From: an uncultured Candidatus Rokubacteria bacterium
GTDB taxonomy: Bacteria; Methylomirabilota; Methylomirabilia; Rokubacteriales; CSP1-6
Direction of reading: 5' to 3'
Assembly: GCA_963747235.1 (NCBI GenBank)
Contig: CAVVEU010000008.1
Location: forward strand, 544,001-608,000
Length of the DNA stretch: 64,000 nt
In this document: positions 29,979 through 42,479 of the stretch, in pieces
Position numbering within the stretch: position 1 is the first letter of the stretch
How the letters are laid out: each line of letters starts with the position of its first letter
Notes under the pieces: generated by a model
Database searches by the model: none
Told to the model about the DNA's origin: nothing
What the model saw: only the letters and a program-made list of their open reading frames with translations
Translations under genes and position numbers: made by a program

Positions 29979-30989
29979 ATGGCTGACACCGCATTCACGA
30001 ACGCGACGCAGATCCTGGAGCCCTTCAAGGGCGTCAAGAAGGTCACGATCGAGGAGTACTTCACCTCCGGTCACCGCACCTGCCAGGGCTGCGAGTCGGC
30101 CCTCGTGATGAAGCTCATGGTCAAGGCCGCGGGCCCGCGCACGATCGTGCTCGGCTCGACCGGCTGCATGTACGTGGCCAACACCACGTACTACACGACC
30201 CCGTGGGTGGTGCCGTGGATGCACACCCAGCTCGGCTCGTCGGGCTCGGCCGCGCTCGGCACCGCGGCCGGACTCAAGGCCCTCATGAAGAAGGGGAAGA
30301 TGAAGTCGGAGCCCATCAACGTCATCGCCTTCTGCGGCGACGGCGGCGGCGCCGACATGGGGCTGGGCGCGATCTCGGCGACGCTGACCCACAAGGAGTA
30401 CAACTCGCTGATCCTGATGTACGACAACGAGTCGTACGCCAACACCGACATCCAGCTCTCGGGCTCCACGCCGTACGGCGCGAACACCACGTTCAGCCCG
30501 CCCGGCTCGGTCAAGCGCATCATCCACACCCGCTGGAAGAAGAACACCGCGGGCATGCTGGCGGCCGGGCACCCGGAGTGCCGGTACGTGGCCACGGTGG
30601 ACGCCTCCTACGCGGTCGAGATGATGAACAAGGTCCGGAAGGCGCTCACCATCGGCGGGCCGACCTTCATCCACTCGCTCGACCCGTGCCCGAAGGGCTG
30701 GGACTACGACCCGATGCTCTCCCACGAGCTCGGCGAGCTGGCCGTCGAGACCGGCGTCTTCCCGCTCTACGAGGTCGAGGACGGGGTGGTGCGGCACTAC
30801 GGCAAGACCAAGGCCATCGTGGAGGGCCGTCCCCGCAAGCCCGTCCGCGAGTACCTGCTCAAGCAGGGCCGCTTCGCCCACTTCACCGAGGAAGACCTCG
30901 ACTACTTCCAGTCCAAGGTGGACGAGATGTGGGACAAGTGGGAGATCCCGGGCGTGATCCCGTTCTGGAAGGAGCGCCCCGGCAACTAA
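29979..30989 (+). CDS. porB: 2-oxoacid:ferredoxin oxidoreductase beta (TPP-binding) subunit, oxalate-oxidoreductase-like
   Basis: GHRTCQGC, TGCMYVANT, GDGG, YDNESYANT, TPYGANTTF, PCPKGW. Confidence 0.9.
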   Translation: MADTAFTNATQILEPFKGVKKVTIEEYFTSGHRTCQGCESALVMKLMVKAAGPRTIVLGSTGCMYVANTTYYTTPWVVPWMHTQLGSSGSAALGTAAGLKALMKKGKMKSEPINVIAFCGDGGGADMGLGAISATLTHKEYNSLILMYDNESYANTDIQLSGSTPYGANTTFSPPGSVKRIIHTRWKKNTAGMLAAGHPECRYVATVDASYAVEMMNKVRKALTIGGPTFIHSLDPCPKGWDYDPMLSHELGELAVETGVFPLYEVEDGVVRHYGKTKAIVEGRPRKPVREYLLKQGRFAHFTEEDLDYFQSKVDEMWDKWEIPGVIPFWKERPGN

Positions 30990-31040
30990 CGCCCGCCGAA
31001 TCAAGCAGCGAACGGCCGGCCCCGACCTCGAGGAGGGGAC

Positions 31041-32054
31041 ATGACCCGTCAATGGCGACGTCTCGCGATGCTTGTTGCGGTTCTGGTTCTTGTCGCGGTG
31101 GTCGCGACTGCCCCCGGCCGCCCCGGCCTGGGAGCCGAGCAAGCCCATCGAGTTCGTGATCCCCGCCGGCCCCGGCGGGGGCGCGGACCAGATGGCGCGC
31201 CTCATCACGTTGCATCGTCCGAGAAGCACCGGCTTTCCCCGCAGCCGATCATCGCGGTGAACAAGTCGGGCGGCGCCGGCGCGGAAGGGTTCATCCACGT
31301 GAAGGGCAAGAAGGGCGATGCCCACACCGTGGTCATCACCCTCTCCAACCTCTTCACGACGCCGCTGCACACCGGGGTGCCCTTCAACTGGAAGGACCTG
31401 ACGCCGGTCGCTCGCATGGCGCTCGACCAGTTCATCCTGTGGGTGAATACGGATCGGCCGGACAAGATGAACTTCAAGAGCGCGAAGGAGTACATCGCGG
31501 TGGTGAAGGAGCACTCCGGCGGCGCAACCGGATGAAGATGGGCGGGACCGGCTCCGCCCAGGAAGACCAGATCCTCACCATTCAGCTCGAGCAGGCGCTC
31601 GGGGTCAAGTTCACGTACGTGCCCGTTCAAGGGGGGCGGCGAGGTCTGCACCAACCTGATGGGCAACCACGTGGACTCGACGGTCAACAACCCGATCGAG
31701 TGCGCCGGCCAATGGAAGGCGGCGCGGGTACGCCCGCTCGCGGTGTTCGACACCGCGCGCATCCCGGTTCCGGAGTGGAAGGACATTCCGACCGTGAAGG
31801 AGGCGCTCGGGGCCGACATCAGCTACCTGATGCTGCGCGGCATCTTCGGCCCGCCGGACATGCCCAGGGATGCGCTCGAGTGGTACCAGGCGCTGCTCAA
31901 GAAGGTCTACGAGACCCAGGAGTTCAAGGATTACCTGAACCAGGGGGCGCTCAAGCCCGCCTGGGAGACCGGCCCCGAGTTCGTGAAGTGGCTCGGTGAC
32001 GCGGAGCAGCTGCACCGGGACCTGATGACGAAGGGCGGCCTCCTCAAGAAGTAA
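31041..32054 (+). CDS. tctC: Tripartite tricarboxylate transporter substrate-binding protein (Bug/TctC; several frameshifts)
   Basis: WEPSKPIEFVIPAGPGGGADQMAR, NKSGGAGAEG, GGTGSAQED, IPTVKE. Confidence 0.85.
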
Positions 32055-32078
32055 CCGACCCGGTCCCCGGACCTGGAC

Positions 32079-32540
32079 ATGCGCACGGCCGACCTGACGA
32101 CGGCGCTGATCCTGATCGCGGGGGGCGCCCTCGTCATCTGGGACTCCCTGCGCCTCGGCATCGGCTGGGGGACCGACGGGCCCGAGAGCGGGTTCTTCCC
32201 GTTCTGGCTCGCGGTGCTGCTCATCGTCTCCTGCGCGGCCATCGCGCTGCAGGCCTGGCGCCGTACGAGCCGCGTCCCCTTCGTCACCCGTGAGCGGCTC
32301 ACGCCCGTCCTCACCACGCTGCTGCCCGCGACCGGGTTCGTGGTGCTGACCCAGTTCATCGGACTCTACGTGGCCACCACCGCCTTCATGGCCTTCTACA
32401 TGCGCTGGATCGGCCGCTATCCGTGGCTCGCGGTGGTGACGGTGAGCGTGCTGTTCCCGCTGGTGGTCTTCGTCGTCTTCGAGAAGTGGTTCCTCGTGCC
32501 GATGCCCAAGGGTCCGCTCGAAGCCTGGCTCGGGTACTGA
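32079..32540 (+). CDS. tctB: Tripartite tricarboxylate transporter small membrane subunit
   Basis: GPESGFFPF, four TM segments, FEKWFLVPMPKG. Confidence 0.88.
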   Translation: MRTADLTTALILIAGGALVIWDSLRLGIGWGTDGPESGFFPFWLAVLLIVSCAAIALQAWRRTSRVPFVTRERLTPVLTTLLPATGFVVLTQFIGLYVATTAFMAFYMRWIGRYPWLAVVTVSVLFPLVVFVVFEKWFLVPMPKGPLEAWLGY

Positions 32541-32542
32541 GC

Positions 32543-34068
32543 GTGGGATTCGAGAACCTGCTCCTGGGCTTCCAGGTCGCGCTGCAGCCCTACAACCTCG
32601 GGCTCGCCGTCCTCGGCATCACGCTCGGCACCGTCATCGGGGTGCTGCCCGGGCTCGGCGGGGCCAACGGCGTGGCCATCCTGCTCCCCCTCACGTTCTC
32701 GATGGCGCCGACCTCCGCGATCATCCTGCTCACGAGCCTCTACTGGGGCGCCCTCTTCGGCGGGGCCATCACCTCGATCCTCTTCAATATCCCGGGGGAG
32801 CCGTGGTCGGTGGCCACCACCTTCGACGGCTACCCGATGGCGCGGAACGGGCAGGGCGGGGAGGCGCTCACCGCCGCGTTCACGTCGTCGTTCGTGGGCG
32901 CGCTCTTCTCGGTCATCCTGATCACCCTGTTCGCTCCCCTCCTGGCCGAGATCGCGCTGAAGTTCGGGCCCCCCGAGTTCTTCGCGATCCAGCTCCTGAC
33001 GTTCTCGTCGTTCATCGGCCTGGGCGGCGGCAACCCGATCAAGTCGCTGGTGTCCATCCTGCGTGGGCTTCATCCTGGCCTCGGCGGGCCTCGACATCGT
33101 GACCGGCCAGCTCCGCCTGACCTTCGGGATCACCGAGCTGATGAAGGGCTTCGACTTCATCGTGGCCGTCATCGGCCTCTTCGGCGTCGGCGAGATCCTG
33201 CTCTCGGTGGAGGAGGGGCTGTCCTTCCGCGGGGTGAAGGCCGCCATGAACCCGCAGGTGGTCTGGCAGACGTGGAAGACGCTGCCGCGCTACTACCGCA
33301 CGTTCGTCCGCAGCGCCTTCATCGGCTTCTGGATGGGCTTCAAGCCGGGCGGCGCCACTCCCGCGTCCTTCATGAGCTACGCCTTCGCCAAGCGCTTCTC
33401 CCGGCACCCCGAGCGCTTCGGCAAGGGCGAGATCGAGGGCGTGGTGGCGCCGGAGACGGCGGCCCACGCGGCGGGAGGCGCCTCGCTCTTGCCCATGATC
33501 ACCCTCGGCATCCCGGGCAGCCCCACCGCGGCGGTGATGCTGGGCGGGCTCATCATCTGGGGCCTCCAGCCCGGGCCCGATGCTGTTCCGCGAGCGGCCC
33601 GACTTCGTCTGGGGCCTCATCGCGAGCATGTACACCGGCAACGTCATCGGGGTGCTGATGGTGCTGGCCTTCGTGCCGCTCTTCGCGGCCATCCTCCGCA
33701 TCCCGTTCCCGATCCTGACCCCGTTGATCATCGCGGTGTGCGCGGTGGGCTCCTACGCCGTCCACGACAGCATGATCGACATCTGGTATATGCTGCTGTT
33801 CGGTGTGATCGGTTATGTATTCAAGAAGCTCGACTACCCTCTCGCCCCGCTGGTCCTGGCCCTCGTGCTCGGGGATCTCGCCGAGAACGCCCTGCGCCAG
33901 AGCCTGATCATGTCGCAGGGCTCGCTCCTGATCCTGTTCACGCGGCCCATCGCCGGCGCCATCAGCGCGGTGGCCGTCTTCTTCTTCGCGCTGCCGCTGA
34001 TCGTGCCCTACTGGCGCCGCCTTCGCCGGGCGCAGGCCGAGGCGCCCGAGCCGGCCGCGCGACACTAG
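32543..34068 (+). CDS. tctA: Tripartite tricarboxylate transporter large membrane subunit (frameshifts near 33062 and 33575)
   Basis: IGVLPGLG, GGAITSILFNIPG, TTFDGYPM, APETA, TLGIPGS. Confidence 0.9.
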
Positions 34069-34089
34069 CACCCGACCGGAGACGTCCGA

Positions 34090-34786
34090 ATGAACCTGGA
34101 TTTCCTCCTCGGCATCGGCAAGATCGTGCTCATCGACCTGGCGCTCGCCGGGGACAATGCGCTGGTCATCGCCCTGGCCGTGCGCACCCTGTCCCCCCGC
34201 CAGCAGTTCCAGGGCCGGATCTGGGGCACCGTCGGCGCGGTGGGCCTGCGGCTCGGCTTCATCTTCATCGTGACCTACCTGCTCGCCGTCCCCCTGCTGC
34301 AGGTCGTGGGCGGGCTGCTGCTGGTGTGGATCGCCTTCAAGCTGGTGCTCCAGTCGGATGCGCACGAGGGTGAGACGGTGAAGCAGGGCACGACCCTCCT
34401 CGGCGCCATCTGGGTCATCCTCGTGGCCGACGTCATCATGAGTCTCGACAACGTGATCGGCGGTCGCCGCCGCCGCCGAGGGTGACATGCGCCTCGTGGT
34501 CTTCGGCATCGCGCTGTCCATCCCGATCGTGGTCTGGGGGTCCGGGGTGCTGGCCCGGCTGATGAACCGCTACCCGTGGATCATCCTGGTGGCGGGCGGC
34601 ATCCTGGGCGAGGTGGCGGGCAAGATGATGCTGCACGACCAGTTCATCATCAATCGGTTCGGCGACTCGCCCGACGCGGTGGAGTTCGCCCTGCGCATCG
34701 GTCTCGCGATCGCCATCATGCTGGTGGGCTGGCTCGTCACGCGCCGGCGGGCGGCGGTGGCGGACGACGGGGCGGCCGCCCGGTGA
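34090..34786 (+). CDS. TerC/YjbE-family membrane protein (frameshift near 34460)
   Basis: IDLALAGDNALVIALA, ADVIMSLDNV, FGIALSIP. Confidence 0.88.
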
Positions 34787-35586
34787 GCTCGGCCGGCGAG
34801 GGACCGAGTCTCGAGCCGGTCCGGTCCACCCGGATCTACGAGGAGATCGTTCGCCAGGTCAAGCAGCTCATCGGGGAGGGCCGGCTCAAGTCGGGTGATC
34901 GCCTCCCGCCCGAGCGCGACCTGGCCGAGAAGTTCATGGTCAGCCGCACCTCGGTGCGGGAAGCCCTCCGCGCGCTGCAGAGCCGCGGCCTCATCGAGAT
35001 CCGGGCCGGGGAGGGCGCCTTCATCCGGGACGTCTCGGTGGAGACGCTGATCGAGCCGCTGGCCCTGGTGATCCTGCCGCATCGCGAGGCGGTGGGCGAG
35101 CTCTTCGAGGCCCGCCGGCTGCTCGAGCCCGCGATCGCGGCCCTCGCGGCCCGGCGGGCCACGCGCGAGGAGATCCAGGAGATGGAGCGCATCCTGGAGG
35201 ACCAGGCCAAGGAGGTGGCGGCGGGCCGCACCGGGATGCTCCAGGACGGCGCGCTGCACACGGCCATCGCCAACAGCGCCCACAATCGCGCCATCACCCG
35301 CATCGTCAATGCCCTCATGGATCTGCTCACCCAGAGCCGCGAGGAGTCGCTGCACACGCCCGGACGGCCGACGCGGTCCCACGAGGACCACCGCCGCATC
35401 CTGGAAGCGGTGCGCCGGCGCGACGAGGTGGCCGCCCATCGCTCGATGCTGGACCACCTCATCGCGGTGGAGACGCTCGTGACCGGCGCCCACGCCGACG
35501 ATCGGAGCGCGACGCCCGCCGCGCGCAAGAGGAAGCCGCGCCCCTGCCCCGTCCGTAAGTGCCTGTCTTGCAACATTAATCGTTGA
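34783..35586 (+). CDS. FadR/GntR-family regulator (PdhR/LldR/GlcC-like)
   Basis: GDRLPPERDLAEKFMVSRTSVREAL HTH; FCD domain with EARRLLE, LHTAI..AHN, EDHRRI, MLDHL. Confidence 0.92.
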   Translation: MSSAGEGPSLEPVRSTRIYEEIVRQVKQLIGEGRLKSGDRLPPERDLAEKFMVSRTSVREALRALQSRGLIEIRAGEGAFIRDVSVETLIEPLALVILPHREAVGELFEARRLLEPAIAALAARRATREEIQEMERILEDQAKEVAAGRTGMLQDGALHTAIANSAHNRAITRIVNALMDLLTQSREESLHTPGRPTRSHEDHRRILEAVRRRDEVAAHRSMLDHLIAVETLVTGAHADDRSATPAARKRKPRPCPVRKCLSCNINR

Positions 35587-35611
35587 CATCCGGAGTCGAG
35601 CGCCCTACCAT
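35583..35611 (+). promoter_or_regulatory. sigma70 promoter for the ppdK-ilv operon
   Basis: TTGACA-17 nt-TACCAT. Confidence 0.75.
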
Positions 35612-35684
35612 GGCTGATTAACGCAGGCCCGCCGGTGGGCCTGTGTCTTTTTCTCTGCCACCGAATTGCTCAGGGGGTCCTGTG

Positions 35685-38435
35685 ATGGCGCAGGCCGGGA
35701 GTCGGAAACGCGCGCGACGCAGCGCCGCGCGTCCATCCAGCGCGACTCCCAAGTACGTCTACTCCTTCGCCGGCGGCAAGGCGGAAGGGTCGAGCGCGCT
35801 GCGCGACCTGCTCGGCGGCAAGGGCTGCGAGCTGGCCGAGATGACGAAGATGGGCGTGCCGGTGCCCCCCGGCTTCACGATCACGACCGAGGCGTGGGCC
35901 GCCTACGACGCGGCCGGCAAGAAGCACCCCACGGGGCTCTGGGCCCAGGTGATGGCGCACCTGGCCCGCCTCGAGGCCGCCGCGGGTAGCCGCCTCGGTG
36001 ATCCGGCGCGGCCGCTGCTGGTGTCGGTCCGGTCGGGGGCACGCGCCTCGATGCCCGGCATGATGGACACGGTTCTCAACCTGGGCCTCAACGACAGGTC
36101 GGTGGAGGGGCTCTCGGCGCGGACGCGCAACGAGCGCTTCGCGTGGGACTGCTACCGCCGCTTCATCACGCTCTTCGGCGACGTGGTGCTCGCCATCGAC
36201 CGCCACGCCTTCGACGCGCGGCTGGACGCCGCGAAGGCGCGCGCGGGGGCGACGACCGACGCGGATCTCCCGGCCGCCGCCCTGCGGGAGCTGGTCTCGG
36301 AGTTCAAGAAGGTCGTGCAGGACAGGACGGGCCGGCCCTTCCCGCAGGATCCCCACGAGCAGCTCCGGCTGGCGATCAACGCGGTCTTCGAGTCCTGGTG
36401 GGCCAAGAAGGCGGTGGACTACCGCCGCATCCACCGCCTGCCCGACGACTGGGGCACCGCGGTGACCGTGATGGCGATGGTCTTCGGCAATCTCGGGCCG
36501 ACCTCGGGCACCGGGGTGTGCTTCTCGCGCGATCCCTCGAGCGGCGAGCGCCGCTTCTTCGGCGAGTTCCTCGTCAACGCCCAGGGCGAGGACGTGGTGG
36601 CGGGCATCCGCACCCCGGAGCCGATCGACGCGCTCCAGCAGCGGATGCCGTCGGTGTACGCCAAGCTCACCGCGATCAAGGATCGGCTCGAGCGCCACTA
36701 CCGCGACATGCAGGACATCGAGTTCACGGTGCAGGAAGGCCGGCTCTATATACTACAAACCCGATCCGGCAAGCGCACCGGGGCCGCCGCGGTCCGCATC
36801 GCGGTGGAGATGGTCCGCGAGCGGCGCATCGACCGGAACACCGCCCTGCTGCGGGTGGAGCCGGCCTCGCTCCACCAGCTCCTCGTGAAGACGGTGGATC
36901 CCGCCGCGCGCTACACCGCGATCGCCAAGGGCCTGCCCGCGACCCCGGCGGCGGCGGTGGGCAAGGTCGTCTTCGATCCGGAGAAGGCGGTGGACATGGC
37001 CCTCCGGGAAGAGGCGGTCATCCTGGTGCGCGCCGAGACCTCGCCGGAAGACGTGGCGGGCATGCACTCGGCGCAGGGCGTCCTGACCTCGCGCGGCGGC
37101 CTCACCTCGCACGCGGCGGTGGTCGCCCGCGGCTGGGGCAAGTGCTGCGTGGTCGGCGCGGGGGACGTGGTGGTGGACGAGGAGAATCATCTCTTCCGGG
37201 CCGGCCGCGCGGTCGTGCGCGAGGGGCAGGTGATCACGCTGAACGGCGCCACCGGCGAGGTGATCGTGGGCGCCCAGCCGCTCGTGGACCCCAAGCTCTC
37301 CGACGAGTTCCGGGAGCTCCTCGGCTGGGCCCAGGCGCACGCCACCACCACGGTCCGCGCCAACGCGGACACGCCCGCGGACGCGGTCAAGGCCCGCGAG
37401 TTCGGCGCGGTGGGCATCGGCCTGGTGCGCACCGAGCACATGTTCTTCGGGGACGAGCGCATCCCGATCGTGCGCGAGATGATCATGGCGCGCGACGTCC
37501 AGGCCCGGAAGAAGGCGGTCGACCAGCTCCTGCCGTTCCAGCGGGAAGATTTCATCGGCATCTTCCGGGTGATGGCGCCCTACCCGGTGACGATCCGGCT
37601 GCTGGACCCGCCGCTGCACGAGTTCCTCCCGAAGTACAAGGAGGTGCTCGAGGAGTACACGCGGCTCGACGCGCGCGGCTTCAACCCGGAGCGCCACGCC
37701 GAGCTGGGCGCGATCAAGGCCCGCCTGGAGATGCTGCTCGAGGCGAACCCGATGCTGGGCCACCGCGGCTGCCGGCTCGGGATCACGTTCCCCGAGATCT
37801 ACGACATGCAGGTGCGGGCCATCATGGAAGCGGCGTGCGCGGTGGCGGCGGAAGGTGTGGCGGTCGAGCCCGAGATCATGATCCCGCTCACCGGCACGGT
37901 GGCGGAGATGAAGCTGACGCGGGAGATGACGGACCGCGTGGCGAAGCAGGTGCTCGCGGAGACGGGGCGGAAGGTCGCCTACTCGGTCGGCACCATGATC
38001 GAGGTGCCGCGCGCCGCGCTGATCGCGGACCGGATCGCGGAGTTCGCCGAGTTCTTCTCGTTCGGCACCAACGACCTGACCCAGATGACGTTCGGGTACA
38101 GCCGGGACGACATCGGCAAGTTCCTGCCCTACTACCTCGAGAAGAAGCTGCTGCCCAACGACCCGTTCGCGGTGCTCGACCAGGATGGGGTGGGGGAGCT
38201 GGTGCGGGTCGGCATCGAGCGGGGCCGCCGGGCCGTCCCCAAGCTGAAGGTGGGCATCTGCGGCGAGCACGGCGGCGAGCCCTCGTCGGTGGAGTTCTGC
38301 CACCGCGTCGGGATGACCTACGTCTCGTGCTCCCCGTACATGGTGCCGGTGGCGTGGCTCGCGGCCGCCCAGGCCGAGATCAAAGATCCACACCGGAAGC
38401 AGAAGCAAACAGCGAAAAGGAGAAACACGCGGTGA
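35685..38435 (+). CDS. ppdK: Pyruvate, phosphate dikinase
   Basis: [72 protein letters not shown]. Confidence 0.96.
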   Translation: MAQAGSRKRARRSAARPSSATPKYVYSFAGGKAEGSSALRDLLGGKGCELAEMTKMGVPVPPGFTITTEAWAAYDAAGKKHPTGLWAQVMAHLARLEAAAGSRLGDPARPLLVSVRSGARASMPGMMDTVLNLGLNDRSVEGLSARTRNERFAWDCYRRFITLFGDVVLAIDRHAFDARLDAAKARAGATTDADLPAAALRELVSEFKKVVQDRTGRPFPQDPHEQLRLAINAVFESWWAKKAVDYRRIHRLPDDWGTAVTVMAMVFGNLGPTSGTGVCFSRDPSSGERRFFGEFLVNAQGEDVVAGIRTPEPIDALQQRMPSVYAKLTAIKDRLERHYRDMQDIEFTVQEGRLYILQTRSGKRTGAAAVRIAVEMVRERRIDRNTALLRVEPASLHQLLVKTVDPAARYTAIAKGLPATPAAAVGKVVFDPEKAVDMALREEAVILVRAETSPEDVAGMHSAQGVLTSRGGLTSHAAVVARGWGKCCVVGAGDVVVDEENHLFRAGRAVVREGQVITLNGATGEVIVGAQPLVDPKLSDEFRELLGWAQAHATTTVRANADTPADAVKAREFGAVGIGLVRTEHMFFGDERIPIVREMIMARDVQARKKAVDQLLPFQREDFIGIFRVMAPYPVTIRLLDPPLHEFLPKYKEVLEEYTRLDARGFNPERHAELGAIKARLEMLLEANPMLGHRGCRLGITFPEIYDMQVRAIMEAACAVAAEGVAVEPEIMIPLTGTVAEMKLTREMTDRVAKQVLAETGRKVAYSVGTMIEVPRAALIADRIAEFAEFFSFGTNDLTQMTFGYSRDDIGKFLPYYLEKKLLPNDPFAVLDQDGVGELVRVGIERGRRAVPKLKVGICGEHGGEPSSVEFCHRVGMTYVSCSPYMVPVAWLAAAQAEIKDPHRKQKQTAKRRNTR

Positions 38436-40186
38436 AGCTTTCAGGCGCCCGGATCGTGCTCGAGTGCATCAAGCGGGAAGGCGTGGATCTCATCTTCGGT
38501 CTGCCGGGCGGCGCGGTCCTGCCGATCTACGACGCCCTGTACGACTTCGAGGGCCTGCGCCACGTCCTGGTACGCCAGGAGGCCGCCGCCGGGCACGCGG
38601 CGGAAGGGTACGCGCGGACGTCCGGCAAGGTCGGCGTCTGCCTCGTCACCTCCGGGCCGGCCGCGACCAACCTGGTCACCGCGCTCCAGGACGCGCTGAT
38701 GGACTCGATCCCGATCGTGGCCTTCACCGGGCAGGTGCCCACCACCTCGATCGGCAACGACGCGTTCCAGGAGGCCGACAACGTCGGCATCACCCGCTCG
38801 GCCACCAAGCACAACTTCCTGGTGAAGGACGGCAAGGATCTGGCTCCGATCATCAAGGAGGCGTTTCACATCGCCTCCACCGGACGCCCGGGGCCGGTCC
38901 ACGTGGACCTGCCCAAGGACATCCTGGTCAAGGAGTGGACCTTCGAGTACCCCGAGCGCGTGCACCTGCGCTCGTACAACCCGACGTACGAGGGCCATCC
39001 CGGGCAGATCAAGAAGGCGGCCCGCTCGATGGTGCGGGCCAAGCGGCCGGTGCTCTACGTGGGCGGCGGCGCGATCTCCTCGGACGCCTCGCCCGAGCTG
39101 CGCGAGCTGGCGGACCTGACCCAGATCCCGCTCACCCAGACCCTCATGGGCCTGGGCGCGTTCCCGATGGCCGATCCGCTGTCGCTCGACATGCTCGGCA
39201 TGCACGGCACCTACTACGCCAACATGGCGGTGCACCACTCGGACTGCCTGGTGGCGGTGGGCGCGCGCTTCGACGACCGGGTGACCGGGCGCGTGGACGC
39301 GTTCTCGCCGAACGCGGAGATCATCCACATCGACATCGATCCGTCGTCGATCTCGAAGAACATCAAGGTGGACATCCCGATCGTGGGCGACTGCAAGCGC
39401 GTGCTGCGCCGCCTGGTGGAGGCGGTGCGCGAGGAGCTGAAGGACGGGGTCCCCGCCGCGGTGACCGAAGGCCGCCGGCAGTGGGCCGCGCAGATCGCGG
39501 ACTGGAAGCGGGACTTCCCGCTGCGCTACGACTGGGACGACGACGTGATCAAGCCCCAGTACGTCATCCAGGAGCTGTCGAACCTGACCCAGGGCGAGGC
39601 CTACGTGGTCACCGGGGTGGGCCAGCACCAGATGTGGGCCGCCCAGTACTACCGCTTCAAGCACCCGCGGCGCTGGTGCACCTCGGGCGGCCTCGGCACC
39701 ATGGGCTACGGGCTGCCCACCGCGATGGGGGTGCAGGCCGCGCACCCGGGCAAGCTCGTGGTCAACATCGACGGGGACGGCTCCTTCGCGATGAACAGCC
39801 AGGAGCTCGCCACCTGCTTCACCGAGAACCTTCCGGTCAAGACCGTCATCATCAACAACAGCGGCCACGGCATGGTCCGGCAGTGGCAGCGCATCATCTA
39901 CAAGGAGCGCTTCTTCGCCATCGACCTGCCGGGCATCCCGGACTGGGTCAAGCTCGCGGAGGCGTACGGCTGCGTGGGCCTGCGCGTCACCAAGCCGAGC
40001 GAGGTGGTGCCCGCGCTCGAGAAGATGCTGAGCACGCCCGCGCCGGTGGTCCTGGACGTCTGCGTGGACAAGGACGAGTGCGTGTTCCCGATGGTGCCGG
40101 CGGGCGGGGCCAACAAGGACATGATCCTGTCGCTGCCGACCCGCGAGGCGGCGGAAAAAGCCGCCAAGTCCCAGACCGGATTCTAG
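38432..40186 (+). CDS. ilvB: Acetolactate synthase large subunit
   Basis: [44 protein letters not shown]; GTGA overlap with ppdK. Confidence 0.95.
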   Translation: MKLSGARIVLECIKREGVDLIFGLPGGAVLPIYDALYDFEGLRHVLVRQEAAAGHAAEGYARTSGKVGVCLVTSGPAATNLVTALQDALMDSIPIVAFTGQVPTTSIGNDAFQEADNVGITRSATKHNFLVKDGKDLAPIIKEAFHIASTGRPGPVHVDLPKDILVKEWTFEYPERVHLRSYNPTYEGHPGQIKKAARSMVRAKRPVLYVGGGAISSDASPELRELADLTQIPLTQTLMGLGAFPMADPLSLDMLGMHGTYYANMAVHHSDCLVAVGARFDDRVTGRVDAFSPNAEIIHIDIDPSSISKNIKVDIPIVGDCKRVLRRLVEAVREELKDGVPAAVTEGRRQWAAQIADWKRDFPLRYDWDDDVIKPQYVIQELSNLTQGEAYVVTGVGQHQMWAAQYYRFKHPRRWCTSGGLGTMGYGLPTAMGVQAAHPGKLVVNIDGDGSFAMNSQELATCFTENLPVKTVIINNSGHGMVRQWQRIIYKERFFAIDLPGIPDWVKLAEAYGCVGLRVTKPSEVVPALEKMLSTPAPVVLDVCVDKDECVFPMVPAGGANKDMILSLPTREAAEKAAKSQTGF

Positions 40187-40195
40187 GAGCACGAC

Positions 40196-40780
40196 GTGGC
40201 CGACACGAACAAGCATACGATCGCGGTGCTGGTGGAGAACAAGTTCGGGGTGCTGTCTCGCGTCGCGGGGCTGTTCTCCGCGCGGGGGTACAACATCGAG
40301 AGCCTGTCGGTCGGGGAGACCCTCGATCCGTCGGTCTCGCGCATGACGCTGGTGGTGCGCGGGGAGCCGTTCATCATCGAGCAGGTCATCAAGCAGCTGC
40401 ACAAGCTGATCGACGTCATCAAGGTCACCGACCTCAGCGAGGAGAACCACGTGGAGCGCGAGATGCTCCTGCTGAAGGTCAACGCGGAGCCGGCGAATCG
40501 CGCCGAGATCCTCCGCCTGGGCGACATCTTCCGGGCCAAGGTGGTGGACGTGACGCCCACCGCCTACACGCTGGAGATCACCGGCGAGGAGTCCAAGATC
40601 GAGGGCATCATCGATCTCCTGCGGCCCTTCGGCATCCAGGAGATCGTCCGCACCGGCAAGGTGGCCATCGCGCGAGGCCCCAAGACCCGGCTGCGCAAGG
40701 TGGAGGAGCGGCTCGGCAAGTCCCGCGAGACCCCCCGTCCGCCGACCGACGATCCGAAGGTGGTCGGGTTCGCGGACTGA
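40196..40780 (+). CDS. ilvN: Acetolactate synthase small subunit
   Basis: [31 protein letters not shown]. Confidence 0.95.
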   Translation: MADTNKHTIAVLVENKFGVLSRVAGLFSARGYNIESLSVGETLDPSVSRMTLVVRGEPFIIEQVIKQLHKLIDVIKVTDLSEENHVEREMLLLKVNAEPANRAEILRLGDIFRAKVVDVTPTAYTLEITGEESKIEGIIDLLRPFGIQEIVRTGKVAIARGPKTRLRKVEERLGKSRETPRPPTDDPKVVGFAD

Positions 40781-40819
40781 TTTCCAACGAAGGAAACCGA
40801 AAGAAAGGCACGAGGAACC

Positions 40820-41824
40820 ATGCCGGCCAAGATCTTCTACGACCAGGACGCTGACCTGGGCCTGCTGCGCGGCAAGACCGTCGCCATCATCGGCTACGGC
40901 AGCCAGGGGCACGCCCACGCCTTGAACCTGAAGGACTCCGGCCAGACCGTGGTGGTCGGCCTCTACAAGGGCTCGAAGAGCTGGGCCCGGGCCGAGAAGG
41001 ACGGGCTCAAGGTCACCACGGTGAACGACGCGGCCGCCGCGGGCGACATCGTCATGATCCTGCTGCCCGACCAGACCCAGCGGCAGGTCTTCGAGGAGTC
41101 CATCAAGGGCGTGATGACCCGAGGCAAGATGCTGATGTTCGCCCACGGCTTCAACATCCACTTCAACCAGGTGGTGCCGCCCGCCGACGTGGACGTCTCG
41201 ATGATCGCCCCCAAGGCGCCCGGGCACGTGATGCGCGACCTCTTCACCCAGGGCCCGGGCGTGCCGGCGCTGGTCGCGGTCTACCAGGACGTCTCGGGCA
41301 AGGCCCGCGACCTGGCCCTGGCCTACGGTCGGGGCGTCGGCTGCACCCGCGCCGGCGTGATCGAGACCACGTTCAAGGAAGAGACCGAGACCGACCTCTT
41401 CGGCGAGCAGACCACCCTCTGCGGCGGCGTGTCGCACCTGATCAAGGCCGCCTACGAGACGCTCGTCGAGGCGGGCTACCAGCCCGAGGTCGCCTACTTC
41501 GAGTGCATGCACGAGATGAAGCTGATCGTGGATCTCTTCTACCAGGGCGGCCTCGCCTACATGCGGTACTCGGTGTCCGACACCGCGGAGTACGGCGACT
41601 ACACGCGCGGGCCGCGGATCATCGACGACCGGACCAAGCTGGAGATGAAGAAGATCCTCTCCGAGATCCAGTCCGGCCAGTTCGCGCGCGAGTGGGTGCT
41701 GGAGAACCAGGCCCACCGCGCGGGATTCCTCGCCATGCGGAAGCGGGACGCCGAACATCCGATCGAGGAAGTGGGCGGCCGGCTGCGCAAGATGATGGCG
41801 TGGATCAAGCCGCCGCGGGAGTGA
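40820..41824 (+). CDS. ilvC: Ketol-acid reductoisomerase
   Basis: [39 protein letters not shown]. Confidence 0.96.
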   Translation: MPAKIFYDQDADLGLLRGKTVAIIGYGSQGHAHALNLKDSGQTVVVGLYKGSKSWARAEKDGLKVTTVNDAAAAGDIVMILLPDQTQRQVFEESIKGVMTRGKMLMFAHGFNIHFNQVVPPADVDVSMIAPKAPGHVMRDLFTQGPGVPALVAVYQDVSGKARDLALAYGRGVGCTRAGVIETTFKEETETDLFGEQTTLCGGVSHLIKAAYETLVEAGYQPEVAYFECMHEMKLIVDLFYQGGLAYMRYSVSDTAEYGDYTRGPRIIDDRTKLEMKKILSEIQSGQFAREWVLENQAHRAGFLAMRKRDAEHPIEEVGGRLRKMMAWIKPPRE

Positions 41825-41852
41825 CCGAGCCCGCGGCACCGCGGGGAATCGC

Positions 41853-42479
41853 GTGCGCGTTCCGGTAGCCGCGGAAGGCTGGCCGTTCATCCTGCCCCCC
41901 GCGGCCGCCGCATGCATCATGGCCGCGATGGGCTGGGCGATCGCGGCGGCGGTGTTCGCCGTGGTGGCGCTGGCCTTCCTCGGCTTCTTCCGGGATCCGG
42001 ACCGGACGGCGCCCGAGCTGCCCGGGGCGGTGCTGGCGCCCGCCGACGGGCGCGTGATGGTGATCACCGAGGCGGTGGACCCGTGGGTCGGCCCGGCGGT
42101 GCGGGTGTCCATCTTCCTGTCGCCGCTGGACGTGCACGTCAACCGCGCGCCGATCGGCGGACTGGTGAAGAACGTGGAGTACGTGGCGGGCAGCTTCCTC
42201 GCGGCCTACCGGCCGGAGGCGTCGGAGCAGAACGAGCGATGCGCGATGAGCCTCGACGGTGACCGGGCCCGCGTGACGGTGACGCAGATCTCGGGCGTCC
42301 TGGCGCGCCGCATCGTCTGCCGGGTGCGGCCGGGCGAGACGCTGCGGGCCGGCGAGCGGTACGGGCTGATCCGCTTCGGATCGCGGACGGATCTGGTGCT
42401 GCCGCGGGGCACGGAGCTGCGGGTGCGGGTGGGGGATCGAGTGCGGGGCGGGGAATCGGTGATGGGGGTGCTGCGATGA
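41853..42479 (+). CDS. psd: Phosphatidylserine decarboxylase proenzyme
   Basis: [33 protein letters not shown]. Confidence 0.92.
   Translation: MRVPVAAEGWPFILPPAAAACIMAAMGWAIAAAVFAVVALAFLGFFRDPDRTAPELPGAVLAPADGRVMVITEAVDPWVGPAVRVSIFLSPLDVHVNRAPIGGLVKNVEYVAGSFLAAYRPEASEQNERCAMSLDGDRARVTVTQISGVLARRIVCRVRPGETLRAGERYGLIRFGSRTDLVLPRGTELRVRVGDRVRGGESVMGVLR

Noticed and set aside
38441-42142. Long antisense ORFs opposite ilv, fdh, oppA and other genes
   Set aside because: Shadow ORFs caused by GC3 bias; they contain no recognisable motifs.
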